From Chrysomallon squamiferum (Eukaryota > Animalia > Mollusca): a DNA stretch of 64,000 nt. The stretch covers positions 434,001 to 498,000 of the forward strand of contig CM022668.1 in the NCBI GenBank assembly GCA_012295275.1, read 5' to 3'. The translations under genes were made by a program, and so were the position numbers. Below are positions 12,601 to 27,600 of this stretch, one piece after another. A model generated the notes under the pieces. It did no database searches and had not been told where the DNA came from. It saw only the letters and a program-made list of their open reading frames with translations. Positions within the stretch are counted from its first letter, which is position 1. Each line of letters opens with the position of its first letter.

Positions 12601-15600
12601 GTTGAGATGAGACGAACACACCTCGAAACCGCTCGCACTCAGAAACTTCCAATCGTATGGACACGTAACAGACAGCATTGAATGCGTTCTGTTTTCAAGC
12701 AGTTCTTTAAACGCTGTTAAGGGTTAATCGTTACCTCTGATTTCCATGATGCTGTGCGTGATACTGCTTATTGACAAGAAAGGAACACACGTCGAAACCG
12801 CTCGCACTCGGAAACTTTCAATCGGATACACACATAACAGACACCATTGCATAAGTTCAGTTCTCAAGCAGCCCTTTAAACGCTTTTAAGGGTTAATCAT
12901 TACATCTGTTTTCCATGATGTTGTGCGTGTTTCTGCTGATTGAGATGAGACGAACACACCTCGCAGCCGCTGGCACTCCGAAACTTTCCATGTTATACCC
13001 ACGTAACAGACAGCATTAAATGCGTTCTGTTTTCAAGCAGGTCTTTAAAGGCTGTTAATGGTTAATCATTACATCTGATTTCCATGATGTTGTGCGTGAT
13101 TGTGTTTATTCAGAAGAGAAGTACACATATCGCAACCGATCGCACTCCGAAACTTCCAATCGTATGCACACGTAACAGATAGCATTGAATGCGTTCAGTT
13201 CTCAACCAGCTGTTTAAACCCTGTTAAGGGTTAATCATTACCTCTGATTTCCATGATGTTGTGCGTGTTTCTGTTTATTGAGATGAGACGAACACACCTC
13301 GCAAGCGCTCGCACTCCGAAACTTCCAATCGTATGCACACGTAACAGTCAGCATTGAATGCGTTCTGTTCCCAACCAGCTGTTAAGGGTTAATCATTACC
13401 TCTGATATCCATGATGTTGTGCGTGATACTGTTTATTGAGAAGAGACGAACACACGTCGGAGCCGCTCGCACTGCGAAACTTTCAATCGGATTCACACAT
13501 AACAGACAGCATTGAATGCGTTCTGTTTTCAAGCAGGTCTTTAAACGCTGTAAAGGGTTAATCATTAGATCTGATTTTGATGAGCTGGTGGGTACGTTCG
13601 TTTGTTGAAAAGAGAGGAACACATCTCGCAACCGCTCGCTCTCCGAAACTTCCAATCGTATGCACACGTAAGAGACAGCATTGAATGCGTTCTGTTTTCA
13701 AGCAGGTCTTTAAACGCTTTTAAGGGTTAATCATTACCTCTGACTTCCATGATGTTGTGCGTGATTCTGTTTATTGAGAAGAGACGAAGACACCTCGCAG
13801 CCGCTCGCACTCCGAAACTTTCAATCGGATACACACATAACAGACAGCATTGAATGCGTTCAGTTCTCAACCATCTCTTTAAACGCTGTTAAGGGTTAAT
13901 CATTACATCTGATTTCGATGAGGTAGTGCGTGTTTCCGTTTATTGTGATGAGACGAACACACCTCGCAACCGCTCGGACTCCGAAACTTTCAATATTATA
14001 CCCACGTAACAGACAGCATTGAATGCGTTCTGTTTTCAAGCAGGTCTTTAAACGCTGTTAAGGGTTAATCATTACATATGATTTCCATGATGCTGTGCGT
14101 GATACTGTTTATTGACAAGAGACGAACACACGTCGGAGCTGCTCGCACTCCGAAACTTTCAATCGGATACACATATAACAGACAGCATTGAATGCGTTCT
14201 GTTTTCAAGCAGGTCTTTAAACGCTTTTAAGGGTTAATCATTACATCTGATTTCCATGATGTTGTGCGTGATTCTGTTTATTGAGAAGAGACGAACACAC
14301 GTCGGAGCCGCTCGCACTCCGAAACTTTCAATCGGATTCACACATAACAGACAGCATTGAATGCGTTCTGTTTTCAAGCAGGTCTTTAAACGCTTTTAAG
14401 GGTTAATCATTACATCTGATTTCCATGATGTTGTGCGTGATTGTGTTTATTCAGAATAGAAGTACACATCTCGCTACCGCTCGCACTCCGAAACTTCCAA
14501 TCGTATGCACGCGTAACAGACCACATTGAATGCGTTCAGTTCTCAACCAGCTCTGTAGACGCTGTTAAGGGTTAATCATTACCTCTGATTTCCATGATGT
14601 TGTGCGTGTTTCTGTTTGTTGAGATGAGACGAACACACCTCGAAACCGCTCGCACTCAGAAACTTCCAATCGTATGGACACGTAACAGACAGCATTGAAT
14701 GCGTTCAGTTCTCAACCAGCTCTTTAAACGCTGTTAAGGGTTAATCATTACCTCTGATTTCCATGATGTTGTGCGTGTTTCTGTTTATTGAGATGAGACG
14801 AACACACACTCGAAACCGCTCGCACTCCGAAACTTTCAATCGGATACACACATAACAGACAGACAGCATTGAATGCGTTCTGTTTTCAACCAGGTCTTTA
14901 AACGCTGTTAAGGGTTAATCATTACCTCTGATTTCCATGATGTTGTGCGTGATTCTGTTTATTGAGATGAGACGAACACACCTCGAAACAACCGCTCGCA
15001 CTCCGAAAAACTTCAATCGGATGGACACGTAACAGACAGCATTGAATGCGTTCTGTTTTCAAGCAGGTCTTTAAACGCTGTTAAGGGTTAATCATTACAT
15101 CTGATTTCCATGATGCGTGTTTCTGTTTATTGAGCGTGATTATCTCGCTGCTCGCTCCGAAACTTTCAATGTTTCTGTTGAGAAGAGAAACGAAGGGTTA
15201 ATCATTACATTTCCATGATGTTGTGCGTGATTCTGTTTATTGAGAAAGAGACGAACACCTCGCAGCCGCTCGCACTCCGAAACTTTCAATCGGATACACA
15301 CATAACAGACAGCATTGAATGCGTTCTGTTTTCAAGCAGGTCTTTAAACGCTGTTAAGGGTTAATCATTACCTCTGATTGCCATGATGTTGTGCGTGATT
15401 CTGTTTATTGAGAACAGACGAACACACCTCGGAGACCGCTCGCACTCCGAAACTTTCAATCGGATGGACACGTAACAGACAGCATTGAATGCGTTCTGTT
15501 TTCAAGCAGGTCTTTAAACGCTGTTAAGGGTTTAATCATTACATATGATTTCCATGATGCTGTGCGTGATACTGTTTATTGACAAGAGACGAACACACGT

Positions 15601-18600
15601 CGAAGCCGCTCGCACTCTGAAACTTTCAATCGGATACACATATAACAGACAGCATTGAATGCGTTCTGTTTTCAAGCAGGTCTTTAAACGCTTTTAAGGG
15701 TTAATCATTACCTCTGATTTCCATGATGTTGTGCGTGATTCTGTTTATTGAGAAGAGACGAAGACACCTCGCAGCCGCTCGCACTCCGAAACTTTCAATC
15801 GGATACACACATAACAGACAGCATTGAATGCGTTCAGTTCTCAACCATCTCTTTAAACGCTGTTAAGGGTTAATCATTACATCTGATTTCCATGATGTTG
15901 TGCGTGTTTCTGTTTATTGAGATGAGACGAACACACCTCGCAACCGCTCGGACTCCGAAACTTTCAATGTTATACCCACGTAACAGACAGCATTGAATGC
16001 GTTCTGTTTTCAAGCAGGTCTTTAAACGCTGTTAAGGGTTAATCATTACATATGATATCCATGATGCTGTGCGTGATACTGTTTATTGACAAGAGACGAA
16101 CACACGTCGTGGCTGCTCGCACTCCGAAACTTTCAATCGGATACACATATAACATACCGCATTGAATGCGTTCTGTTTTCAAGCAGGTCTTTAAACGCTG
16201 TTAAGGGTTAATCATTACCTCTGATTTCCATGATGTTGTGCGTGATTCTGTTTATTGAGAAGAGACGAACACACGTCGGAGCCGCTCGCACTCCGAAACT
16301 TTCAATCGGATACACACATAACAGACAGCATTGAATGCGTTCAGTTCTCAACCATCTCTTTAAACGCTTTTAAGGGTTAATCATTACATCTGATTTCCAT
16401 GATGTTGTGCGTGATTCTGTTTATTCAGAAAAGAAGTACACATCTCGCTACCGCTCGCACTCCGAAACTTCCAATCGTATGCACGCGTAACAGACCACAT
16501 TGAATGCGTTCAGTTCTCAACCAGCTCTGTAGACGCTGTTAAGGGTTAATCATTACCTCTGATTTCCATGATGTTGTGCGTGTTTCTGTTTGTTGAGATG
16601 AGACGAACACACCTCGAAACCGCTCGCACTCAGAAACTTCCAATCGTATGGACACGTAACAGACAGCATTGAATGCGTTCTGTTTTCAAGCAGTTCTTTA
16701 AACGCTGTTAAGGGTTAATCGTTTCCTCTGATTTTCATGATGCTGTGCGTGATACTGTTTATTGACAAGAGACGAACACACGTCGGAGCCGCTCGCACTG
16801 CGAAACTTTCAATCGGATTCACACATAACAGACAGCATTGAATGCGTTCTGTTTTCAAGCAGGTCTTTAAACGCTGTAAAGGGTTAATCATTAGATCTGA
16901 TTTTGATGAGCTGGTGGGTACGTTCGTTTGTTGAAAAGAGAGGAACACATCTCGCAACCGCTCGCTCTCCGAAACTTCCAATCGTATGCACACGTAAGAG
17001 ACAGCATTGAATGCGTTCTGTTTTCAAGCAGGTCTTTAAACGCTTTTAAGGGTTAATCATTACCTCTGACTTCCATGATGTTGTGCGTGATTCTGTTTAT
17101 TGAGAAGAGACGAAGACACCTCGCAGCCGCTCGCACTCCGAAACTTTCAATCGGATACACACATAACAGACAGCATTGAATGCGTTCAGTTCTCAACCAT
17201 CTCTTTAAACGCTGTTAAGGGTTAATCATTACATCTGATTTCGATGAGGTAGTGCGTGTTTCCGTTTATTGTGATGAGACGAACACACCTCGCAACCGCT
17301 CGGACTCCGAAACTTTCAATATTATACCCACGTAACAGACAGCATTGAATGCGTTCTGTTTTCAAGCAGGTCTTTAAACGCTGTTAAGGGTTAATCATTA
17401 CATATGATTTCCATGATGCTGTGCGTGATACTGTTTATTGACAAGAGACGAACACACGTCGGAGCTGCTCGCACTCCGAAACTTTCAATCGGATACACAT
17501 ATAACAGACAGCATTGAATGCGTTCTGTTTTCAAGCAGGTCTTTAAACGCTTTTAAGGGTTAATCATTACATCTGATTTCCATGATGTTGTGCGTGATTC
17601 TGTTTATTGAGAAGAGACGAAGACACGTCGGAGCCGCTCGCACTCCGAAACTTTCAATCGGATTCACACATAACAGACAGCATTGAATGCGTTCTGTTTT
17701 CAAGCAGGTCTTTAAACGCTTTTAAGGGTTAATCATTACATCTGATTTCCATGATGTTGTGCGTGATTGTGTTTATTCAGAATAGAAGTACACATCTCGC
17801 TACCGCTCGCACTCCGAAACTTCCAATCGTATGCACGCGTAACAGACCACATTGAATGCGTTCAGTTCTCAACCAGCTCTGTAGACGCTGTTAAGGGTTA
17901 ATCATTACCTCTGATTTCCATGATGTTGAGCGTGTTTCTGTTTGTTGAGATGAGACGAACACACCTCGAAACCGCTCGCACTCAGAAACTTCCAATCGTA
18001 TGGACGCGTAACAGACAGCATTGTATGCGTTCAGTTCTCAACCAGCTCTGTAGACGCTGTTAAGGGTTAATCATTACCTCTGATTTCCATGATGTTGTGC
18101 GTGTTTCTGTTTGTTGAGATGAGACGAACACACCTCGAAACCGCTCGCACTCAGAAACTTCCAATCGTATGGACACGTAACAGACAGCATTGAATGCGTT
18201 CTGTTTTCAAGCAGTTCTTTAAACGCTGTTAAGGGTTAATCGTTTCCTCTGATTTCCATGATGCTGTGCGTGATACTGCTTATTGACAAGAAAGGAACAC
18301 ACGTCGAAACCGCTCGCACTCGGAAACTTTGAATCGGATACACACATAACAGACACCATTGCATAAGTTCAGTTCTCAAGCAGCCCTTTAAACGCTTTTA
18401 AGGGTTAATCGTTACATCTGTTTTCCATGATGTTGTGCGTGTTTCTGCTGATTGAGATGAGACGAACACACCTCGCAGCCGCTGGCACTCCGAAACTTTC
18501 AATGTTATACCCACGTAACAGACAGCATTGAATGCGTTCTGTTTTCAAGCAGGTCTTTAAACGCTGTTAAGGTTTAATCATTACATATGATATCCATGAT

Positions 18601-21600
18601 GCTGTGCGTGATACTGTTTATTGACAAGAGACGAACACACGTCGAGGCTGCTCGCACTCCGAAACTTTCAATCGGATACACATATAACAGACCGCATTGA
18701 ATGCGTTCTGTTTTCTACCAGGTCTTTAAACGCTTTTAAGGGTTAATCATTACCTCTGACTTCCATGATGTTGTGCGTGATTCTGTTTATTGAGAAGAGA
18801 CGAAGACACCTCGCAGCCGCTCGCACTCCGAAACTTTCAATCGGATACACACATAACAGACAGCATTGAATGCGTTCTGTTTTCAAGCAGGTCTTTAAAC
18901 GCTGTTAAGGGTTAATCATTACATCTGATTTCCATGATGTTGTGCGTGATTCTGTTTATTGAGAACAGACGAACACACGTCGGAGCCGCTCGCACTCCGA
19001 AACTTTCAATCGGATATACACACGTAACAGACAGCATTGAATGCGTTCTGTTTTCAAGCAGGTCTTTAAACGCTGTTAAGGGTTAATCATTACATCTGAT
19101 TTCCATGATGTTGTGCGTGATTCTGTTTATTGAGAAGAGACGAACACACGTCGCAACCGCTCGCACTCCGAAACTTTCAATCGGATACACACGTAACAGA
19201 CAGCATTGAATGCGTTCTGTTTTCAACCAGGTCTTTAAACGCTGTTAAGGGTTAATCATTACCTCTGATTTCCATGATGTTGTGCGTGATTCTGTTTATT
19301 GAGAAGAGACGAACACACCTCGCAACCGCTCGCACTCCGAAACTTTCAATCGGATACACACGTAACAGACAGCATTGAATGCGTTCTGTTTTCAAGCAGG
19401 TCTTTAAACGCTGTTAAGGGTTAATCATTACATCTGATTTCCATGATGTTGTGCGTGATTCTGTTTATTGAGAAGAGACGAACACACCTCGCAACCGCTC
19501 GCACTCCGAAACTTTCAATCGGATACACACGTAACAGACAGCATTGAATGCGTTCTGTTTTCAACCAGGTCTTTAAACGCTGTTAAGGGTTAATCATTAC
19601 ATCTGATTTCCATGATGTTGTGCGTGATTCTGTTTATTGAGAAGAGACGAACACACGTCGCAACCGCTCGCTCTCCGAAACTTTCAATCGGATACACACG
19701 TAACAGACAGCATTGAATGCGTTCTGTTTTCAACCAGCTCTTTAAACGCTGTTAAGGGTTAATCATTACCTCTGATTTCCATGATGTTGTGCGTGATTCT
19801 GTTTATTGAGAAGAGACGAACACACGTCGGAGCCGCTCGCACTCCGAAACTTTCAATCGGATACACACATAACAGACAGCATTGAATGCGTTCAGTTCTC
19901 AACCAGCTCTTTAAACGCTGTTAAGGGTTAATCATTACATCTGATTTCCATGATGTTGTGCGTGATTCTGTTTATTCAGAAGAGACGAACACACCTCGCA
20001 ACCGCTCGCACTCCGAAACTTCCAATCGTATGCACACGTAACAGACAGCATTGAATGCGTTCAGTTTTCAACCAGCTCTTTAAACGCTGTTAAGGGTTAA
20101 TCATTACATCTGATTTCCATGATGTTGTGCGTGTTTCTGTTTATTGAGATGAGACGAACACACCTCGCAACCGCTCGCACTCCGAAACTTCCAATCGTAT
20201 GCACACGTAACAGACAGCATTGAATGCGTTCTGTTTTCAACCAGCTCTTTAAACGCTGTTAAGGGTTAATCATTACCTCTGATTTCCATGATGTTGTGCG
20301 TGATTCTGTTTATTGAGAAGAGACGAACACACGTCGGAGCCGCTCGCACTCCGAAACTTTCAATCGGATACACACATAACAGACAGCATTGAATGCGTTC
20401 TGTTTTCAAGCAGGTCTTTAAACGCTGTTAAGGGTTAATCATTACATCTGATTTCCATGATGTTGTGCGTGATTGTGTTTATTCAGAAGAGAAGTACACA
20501 TCTCGCAACCGCTCGCACTCCGAAACTTCCAATCGTATGCACACGTAACAGACAGCATTGAATGCGTTCTGTTTTCAACCAGGTCTTTAAACGCTTTTAA
20601 GGGTTAATCATTACCTCTGATTTCCATGATGTTGTGCGTGATTCTGTTTATTGAGAAGAGACGAACACACCTCGCAACCGCTCGCACTCCGAAACTTTCA
20701 ATCGGATACACACATAACAGACAGCATTGAATGCGTTCAGTTCTCAACCAGCTCTTTAAACGCTGTTAAGGGTTAATCATTACATCTGATTTCCATGATG
20801 TTGTGCGTGTTTCTGTTTATTGAGAAGAGACGAACACACCTCGCAACCGCTCGCACTCCGAAACTTTCAATCGTATACACACGTAACAGACAGCATTGAA
20901 TGCGTTCTGTTTTCAACCAGCTCTTTAAACGCTGTTAAGGGTTAATCATTACATCTGATTTCCATGATGTTGTGCGTGATTCTGTTTATTGAGAAGAGAC
21001 GAACACACGTCGGAGCCGCTCGCACTCCGAAACTTTCAATCGGATACACACGTAACAGACAGCATTGAATGCGTTCAGTTCTCAACCAGCCCTTTAAACG
21101 CTGTTAAGGGTTAATCATTACATCTGATTTCCATGATGTTGTGCGTGTTTCTGTTTATTGAGAAGAGACGAACACACCGCAACCGCTCGCACTCCGAAAC
21201 TTTCAATCGTATGCACACACGTAACAGACAGCATTGAATGCGTTCTGTTCTCAACCAGCTCTTTAAACGCTGTTAAGGGTTAATCATTACATCTGATTTC
21301 CATGATGTTGTGCGTGATTCTGTTTATTGAGAAGAGACGAACACACCTCGCAACCGCTCGCACTCCGAAACTTCCAATCGTATGCACACGTAACAGACAG
21401 CATTGAATGCGTTCAGTTCTCAACCAGCTCTTTAAACGCTGTTAAGGGTTAATCATTACCTCTGATTTCCATGATGTTGTGCGTGATTCTGTTTATTGAG
21501 AAGAGACGAACACACGTCGGAGCCGCTCGCACTCCGAAACTTTCAATCGGATACACACATAACAGACAGCATTGAATGCGTTCAGTTCTCAACCAGCCCC

Positions 21601-24600
21601 TTAAACGCTGTTAAGGGTTAATCATTACATCTGATTTCCATGAGGTTGTGCGTGTTTCTGTTTATTGAGATGAGACGAACACACCTCGCAACCGCTCGCA
21701 CTCCGAAACTTTCAATCGTATGCACACGTAACAGACAGCATTGAATGCGTTCTGTTTTCAACCAGCTCTTTAAACGCTGTTAAGGGTTAATCATTAGATC
21801 TGATTTTGATGAGCTGGTGGGTATGTGCGTTTATTGACAAGAGACGAACACATCTCGCAACCGCTCGCACTCCGAAACTTTCAATCGTATGCACACGTAA
21901 CAGACAGCATTGAATGCGTTCAGTTCTCAACCAGCTCTTTAAACGCTGTTAAGGGTTAATCATTACATCTGATTTCCATGATGTTGTGCGTGATTCTGTT
22001 TATTGAGAAGAGACGAACACACGTCGGAGCCGCTCGCACTCCGAAACTTTCAATCGGATAAACACATAACAGACAGCATTGAATGCGTTCAGTTCTCAAC
22101 CAGCTCTTTAAACGCTGTTAAGGGTTAATCATTACATCTGATTTCCATGATGTTGTGCGTGATTCTGTTTATTGAGAAGAGACGAACACACGTCGGAGCC
22201 GCTCGCACTCCGAAACTTTCAATCGGATACACACATAACAGACAGCATTGAATGCGTTCAGTTCTCAACCAGCCCTTTAAACGCTGTTAAGGGTTAATCA
22301 TTACATCTGATTTCCATGATGTAGTGCGTGTTTCTGTTTATTGAGAAGAGACGAACACACGTCGGAACCGCTCGCACTCCGAAACTTTCAATCGGATACA
22401 CACATAACAGACAGCATTGAATGCGTTCAGTTCTCAACCAGCTCTTTAAACGCTGTTAAGGGTTAATCATTAGATCTGATTTCCATGAGGTAGTGCGTGA
22501 TTCTGTTTATTGAGAAGAGACGAACACACGTCGGAGCCGCTCGCACTCCGAAACTTTCAATCGGATAAACACATAACAGACAGCATTGAATGCGTTCAGT
22601 TCTCAACCAGCTCTTTAAACGCTGTTAAGGGTTAATCATTAGATCTGATTTCCATGAGGTAGTGCGTGATTCTGTTTATTGAGAAGAGACAAAACATTTC
22701 GCAGCCGCTCGCACTCCGAAACTTTCAATCGGATAAAAACATAACAGACAGCATTGAATGCGTTCAGTTCTCAACCAGCTCTTTAAACCCTGTTAAGGGT
22801 TAATCATTAGATCTCATTTTGATGAGCTGGTGGGTATGTGCGTTTATTGACAAGAGACCAACATATCTCGCAACCGCTCACACTCCGAAACTTTTAATCG
22901 TATGCACACGTAACAGACAGCATTGAATGCGTTCAGTTCTCAATCAGCTCTTTAAACGCTGTTAAGGCTTAATCATTACATCTGATATCCATGACGTAGT
23001 GCGTGTTTCTGTTTATTGAGAAGAGACGAACACACGTCGGAACCGCTCGCACTGCGAAACTTTCAATCGGATACAGACATAACAGACAGCATTGAATGCG
23101 TTCAGTTCTCAACCAGCTCTTTAAACGCTGTTAAGGGTTAATCATTACATCTGATTTCCATGATGTTGTGCGTGATTCTGTTTATTGAGAAGAGACGAAC
23201 ACACGTCGCAGCCGCTCGCACTCCGAAACTTTCAATCGGATAAACACATAACAGACAGCATTGAATGCGTTCAGTTCTCAACCAGCTCTTTCGCAACGCT
23301 GTTAATCGGGTTAATTATTAGATCTGATTTCCATGAAACGCTGTACTGCGTGATTCTGTTTATTGAGAAGAGACGAACACACCTCGGAACCGCTCGCACT
23401 CCGAAACTTTCAATCGTATACACACATAACAGACAGCATTGAATGCGTTCAGTTCTCAACCAGCTCTTTAAACGCTGTTAAGGGTTAATCATTACATCTG
23501 ATTTCCATGAGATAGTGCGTGTTTCTGTTTATTTTGAAGAGACGAACACACCTCGCAACCGCTCGCACTCCGAAACTTTCAATCGTACACACACACAAAC
23601 AGACAGACAGCATTGAATGCGTTCAGTTCTCAACCAGCCCTTTAAACGCTGTTAAGGGTTAATCATTACATCTGATATCCATGACGTAACACACGTTGGA
23701 TCCGCTCGCACTGTTTCAATCGAATGATTGAGAATGCGTTCAGTTCTCAACCAGCTGTTTAAAAGCTGTTAAGGGTTAATCATTACATCTGATTTCCATG
23801 AGGTAGTGCGTGTTTCTATTTATTTTGAAGAGACGAACACACCTCGCAACCGCTCGCACTCCGAAAATTTCAATCGTATGCACACGTAACAGACAGCATT
23901 GAATGCGTTCAGTTCTCAACCAGCCCCTTAAACGCTGTTAAGGGTTAATCATTACATCTGATATCCATCATGTTGTGCGTGATTCTGTTTATTGAGAAGA
24001 GACGAACACACGTCGGAACCGCTCGCAGTGCGAAACTTTCAATCCTATACAGACATAATAGACCGCATTGAATGCGTTCAGTTCTCAACCAGCTATATAA
24101 GCGCTGTTAAGTGTTAATCATTACTTCTGATTTCCATGAGGTAGTGCGTGTTTCTGTTTATTTTGAAGAGTCGAACACAGCTCGCAACCGCTCGCACTCC
24201 GAAACTTTCAATCGTACACACACGTAAGAGACAGCATTGAATGCGTTCAGTTCTCAACCAGCCCCTTAAACGCTGTTAAGGGTTAATCATTACATCTGAT
24301 ATCCATGACGTAGTGCGCGTTTCTGTTTATTGAGAAGAGACGAACACACCTCGCAACCGCTCGCAGTTCGAAACTTCCAATAGTATGCACACGTAACAGC
24401 CAGCATTGAATGCGTTCAGTTCTAAACTAGCTCTTTAAACTCTGTTAAGGGTTAGTCATTAGATCTGATTTCCATGACGTAGTGCGTGATTCTGTTTATT
24501 GAGAAGAGACTAACTCACGTCGGAGCCGCTCGCATTCCGAAACTTTCAATCGGATAAAAACATAAAAGACAGCATTGAATGCGTTCAGTTCTCAACCAGC

Positions 24601-27600
24601 CCCTTAAACGCTGTTAAGGGTTAATCATTACATCTGATATCCATGCCGTAGTGCGTGTTTCTGTTTATTGAGATGAGACGAACACACCTCGCAACCGCTC
24701 GCACTCCGAAACTTCCAATCGTATGCACACGTAACAGACAGCATTGAATGCGTTCAGTTCTCAACCAGCTCTTTAAACGCTGTTAAGGGTTAACCATCAG
24801 ATCTGGTTTTGATGAGCTGGTGGGTATGTGCGTTTATTGACAAGAGACGAACACATCTCGCAACCGCTCGCACTCCGAATCTTCCAATCATATGCACACG
24901 TAACAGACAGTATTCAGTTCTCAACGAGCTCTTTAAATGCTGTTAAGGGTTAATCATTACATCTGATTTCCATGAGGTAGTGCGTGATTGTGTTTATTGA
25001 GAAGAGACAAAAACACTTCGCAGCCGCTCGCACTCCGAAACTTTCAATCGTATGCACACGTAACACACAGCATTGAATGCGTTCAGTTCTCAATCAGCTC
25101 TTTAAACGCTGTTAAGGGTTAATCATTACGTCTGATTTCCATGATGTTGTGCGTGATTCTGTTTATTGAGGAGAGACGAACACACGTCGGAGCCGCTCGC
25201 ACTCCGAAACTTTCAATCGGATAAACACAAAACAGGCAGCATTGAATGCATTCAGTTCTCAACCAGCGCCTTAAACGCTGTTAAGGGTTAATCATTACAT
25301 GTGATATCCATGTCGTAGTGCGTGTTTCTGTTTATTGAGAAGAGACGAACACACGTCGGAACCGCTGGGAGTGCGAAACTTTCAATCCTATACAGACATA
25401 ACAGACAGCATTGAATGCGTTCAGTTCTCAACCAGCCCCTTAAACGCTGTTAAGGGTTAGTCATTAGATCTGATTTCCATGACGTAGTGCGTGATTCTGT
25501 TTATTAAGAAGAGACTAACTCACGTCGGAGCCGCTCGCATTCCGAAACTTTCAATCGGATAAACACCTAACAGACACCACTGGATGCGTTCAGTTCTCAA
25601 CCAGCTCTTTAAACGCTGTTAAGGGTTAATCATTAGATCTGATTTCCATGAGGTAGTGCGTGATTGTGTTTATTGAGAAGAGACAAAAACATTTCGCAGC
25701 CGCTCGCACTCCGAAACTTTCAATCGGATAAAAACATAACAGACAGCATTGAATGCGTTCAGTTCTCAACCAGCTCTTTAAACCCTGTTAAGGGTTAATC
25801 ATTAGATCTCATTTTGATGAGCTGGTGGGTATGTGCGTTTATTGACAAGAGACCAACATATCTCGCAACCGCTCACACTCCGAAACTTTTAATCGTATGC
25901 ACACGTAACAGACAGCATTGAATGCGTTCAGTTCTCAATCAGCTCTTTAAACGCTGTTAAGGCTTAATCATTACATCTGATATCCATGACGTAGTGCGTG
26001 TTTCTGTTTATTGAGAAGAGACGAACACACGTCGGAACCGCTGGCAGTGCGAAACTTTCAATCCTATACAGACATAACAGACAGCATTGAATGCGTTCAG
26101 TTCTCAACCAGCTCCTTAAACGCTGTTAAGGGTTAATCATTAGATCTGATTTCCATGATGTTGTGCGTGATTCTGTTTATTGAGAAGAGACGAACACACG
26201 TCGGAGCCGCTCGCACTCCGAAAGTTTCAATCGGATAAACACGTAACAGACAGCATTGAATCCGTTCAGTTCTCAACCAGCTCTTTCAACGCTGTTAAGG
26301 GTTAATCATTAGATCTGATTTCCATGAGGTACTGCGTGATTGTGTTTATTGAGAAGGGACGAACACACCTCGCAGCCGCTCGCACTCAGAAACTTTCAAT
26401 CGTATACACACACAACAGACAGCATTGAATGCGTTCAGTTCTCAACCAGCTCTTTAAACGCTGTTAAGGGTTAATCATTACATCTGATTTCCATGAGGTA
26501 GTGCGTGTTTCTATTTATTTTGAAGAGACGAACACACCTCGCAACCGCTCGCACTCCGAAACTTTCAATCGTACACACACATAACAGACAGCATTGAATG
26601 CGTTCAGTTCTCAACCAGCCCCTTAAACGCTGTTAAGGGTTAATCATTACATCTGATATCCATGACGTAGTGGGTGTTTCTGTTGATTGAGATGAGAGGA
26701 ACACACCTCGCAACCGCTCGCACTCCGAAAATTTCAATCGTATGCACACGTAACACACAACATTGAATGCGTTCAGTTCTCAACCAGCTCTTTAATCGCT
26801 GTTAAGGGTTAATCATTAGATCTGATTTCCATGATGTTGTGCGTGATTCTGTTTATTGAGAAGAGACGAACACACGTCGGAACCGGTCGCAGTGCGAAAC
26901 TTTCAATCCTATACAGACATAACAGACAGCATTGAATGCGTTCTGTCTTCAAGCAGGTCTTTAAACGCTGTGAAGGGTTAATCATTAGATCTGATATTGA
27001 TGAGATGGTGGGTATGTGCGTTTATTGACAACAGACGAACACATCTCGCAATCGCTCGTACTCCGAATCTTCCAATCGTATACGCACGTAACAGACAGCA
27101 TTGAATGCGTTCAGTTCTCAACCAGCTCTTTAAACGCTGTTAAGGGTTAATCATTACATCTGATTTCCATGAGGTAGTGCGTGATTCTGTTTATTGAGAA
27201 GAGACTAACTCACGTCGGAGCCGCTCGCATTCCGAAACTTTCAATCGGATAAACACGTAACAGACAGCACTGAATGCGTTCAGTTCTCAACCAGCTCTTT
27301 AAACGCTGTTAAGGGTTAATCATTAGATCTGATTTCCATGAGGTAGTGCGTGATTGTGTTTATTGAGAAGAGACAAAAACATTTCGCAGCCGCTCGCACT
27401 CCGAAACTTTCAATCGGATAAAAACATAAAAGACAGCATTGAATGCGTTCAGTTCTCAACCAGCCCCTTAAACGCTGTTAAGGGTTAATCATTACATCTG
27501 ATATCCATGCCGTAGTGCGTGTTTCTGTTTATTGAGATGAGACGAACACACCTCGCAACCGCTCGCACTCCGAAACTTCCAATCGTATGCACACGTAACA

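Noticed and set aside
7227-16993. Four near-identical 92-aa ORFs (MCIRLEVSES...) as a gene family
   Set aside because: They are chance stop-free frames across the same D-A monomer pair of the HOR, useful only as HOR markers.
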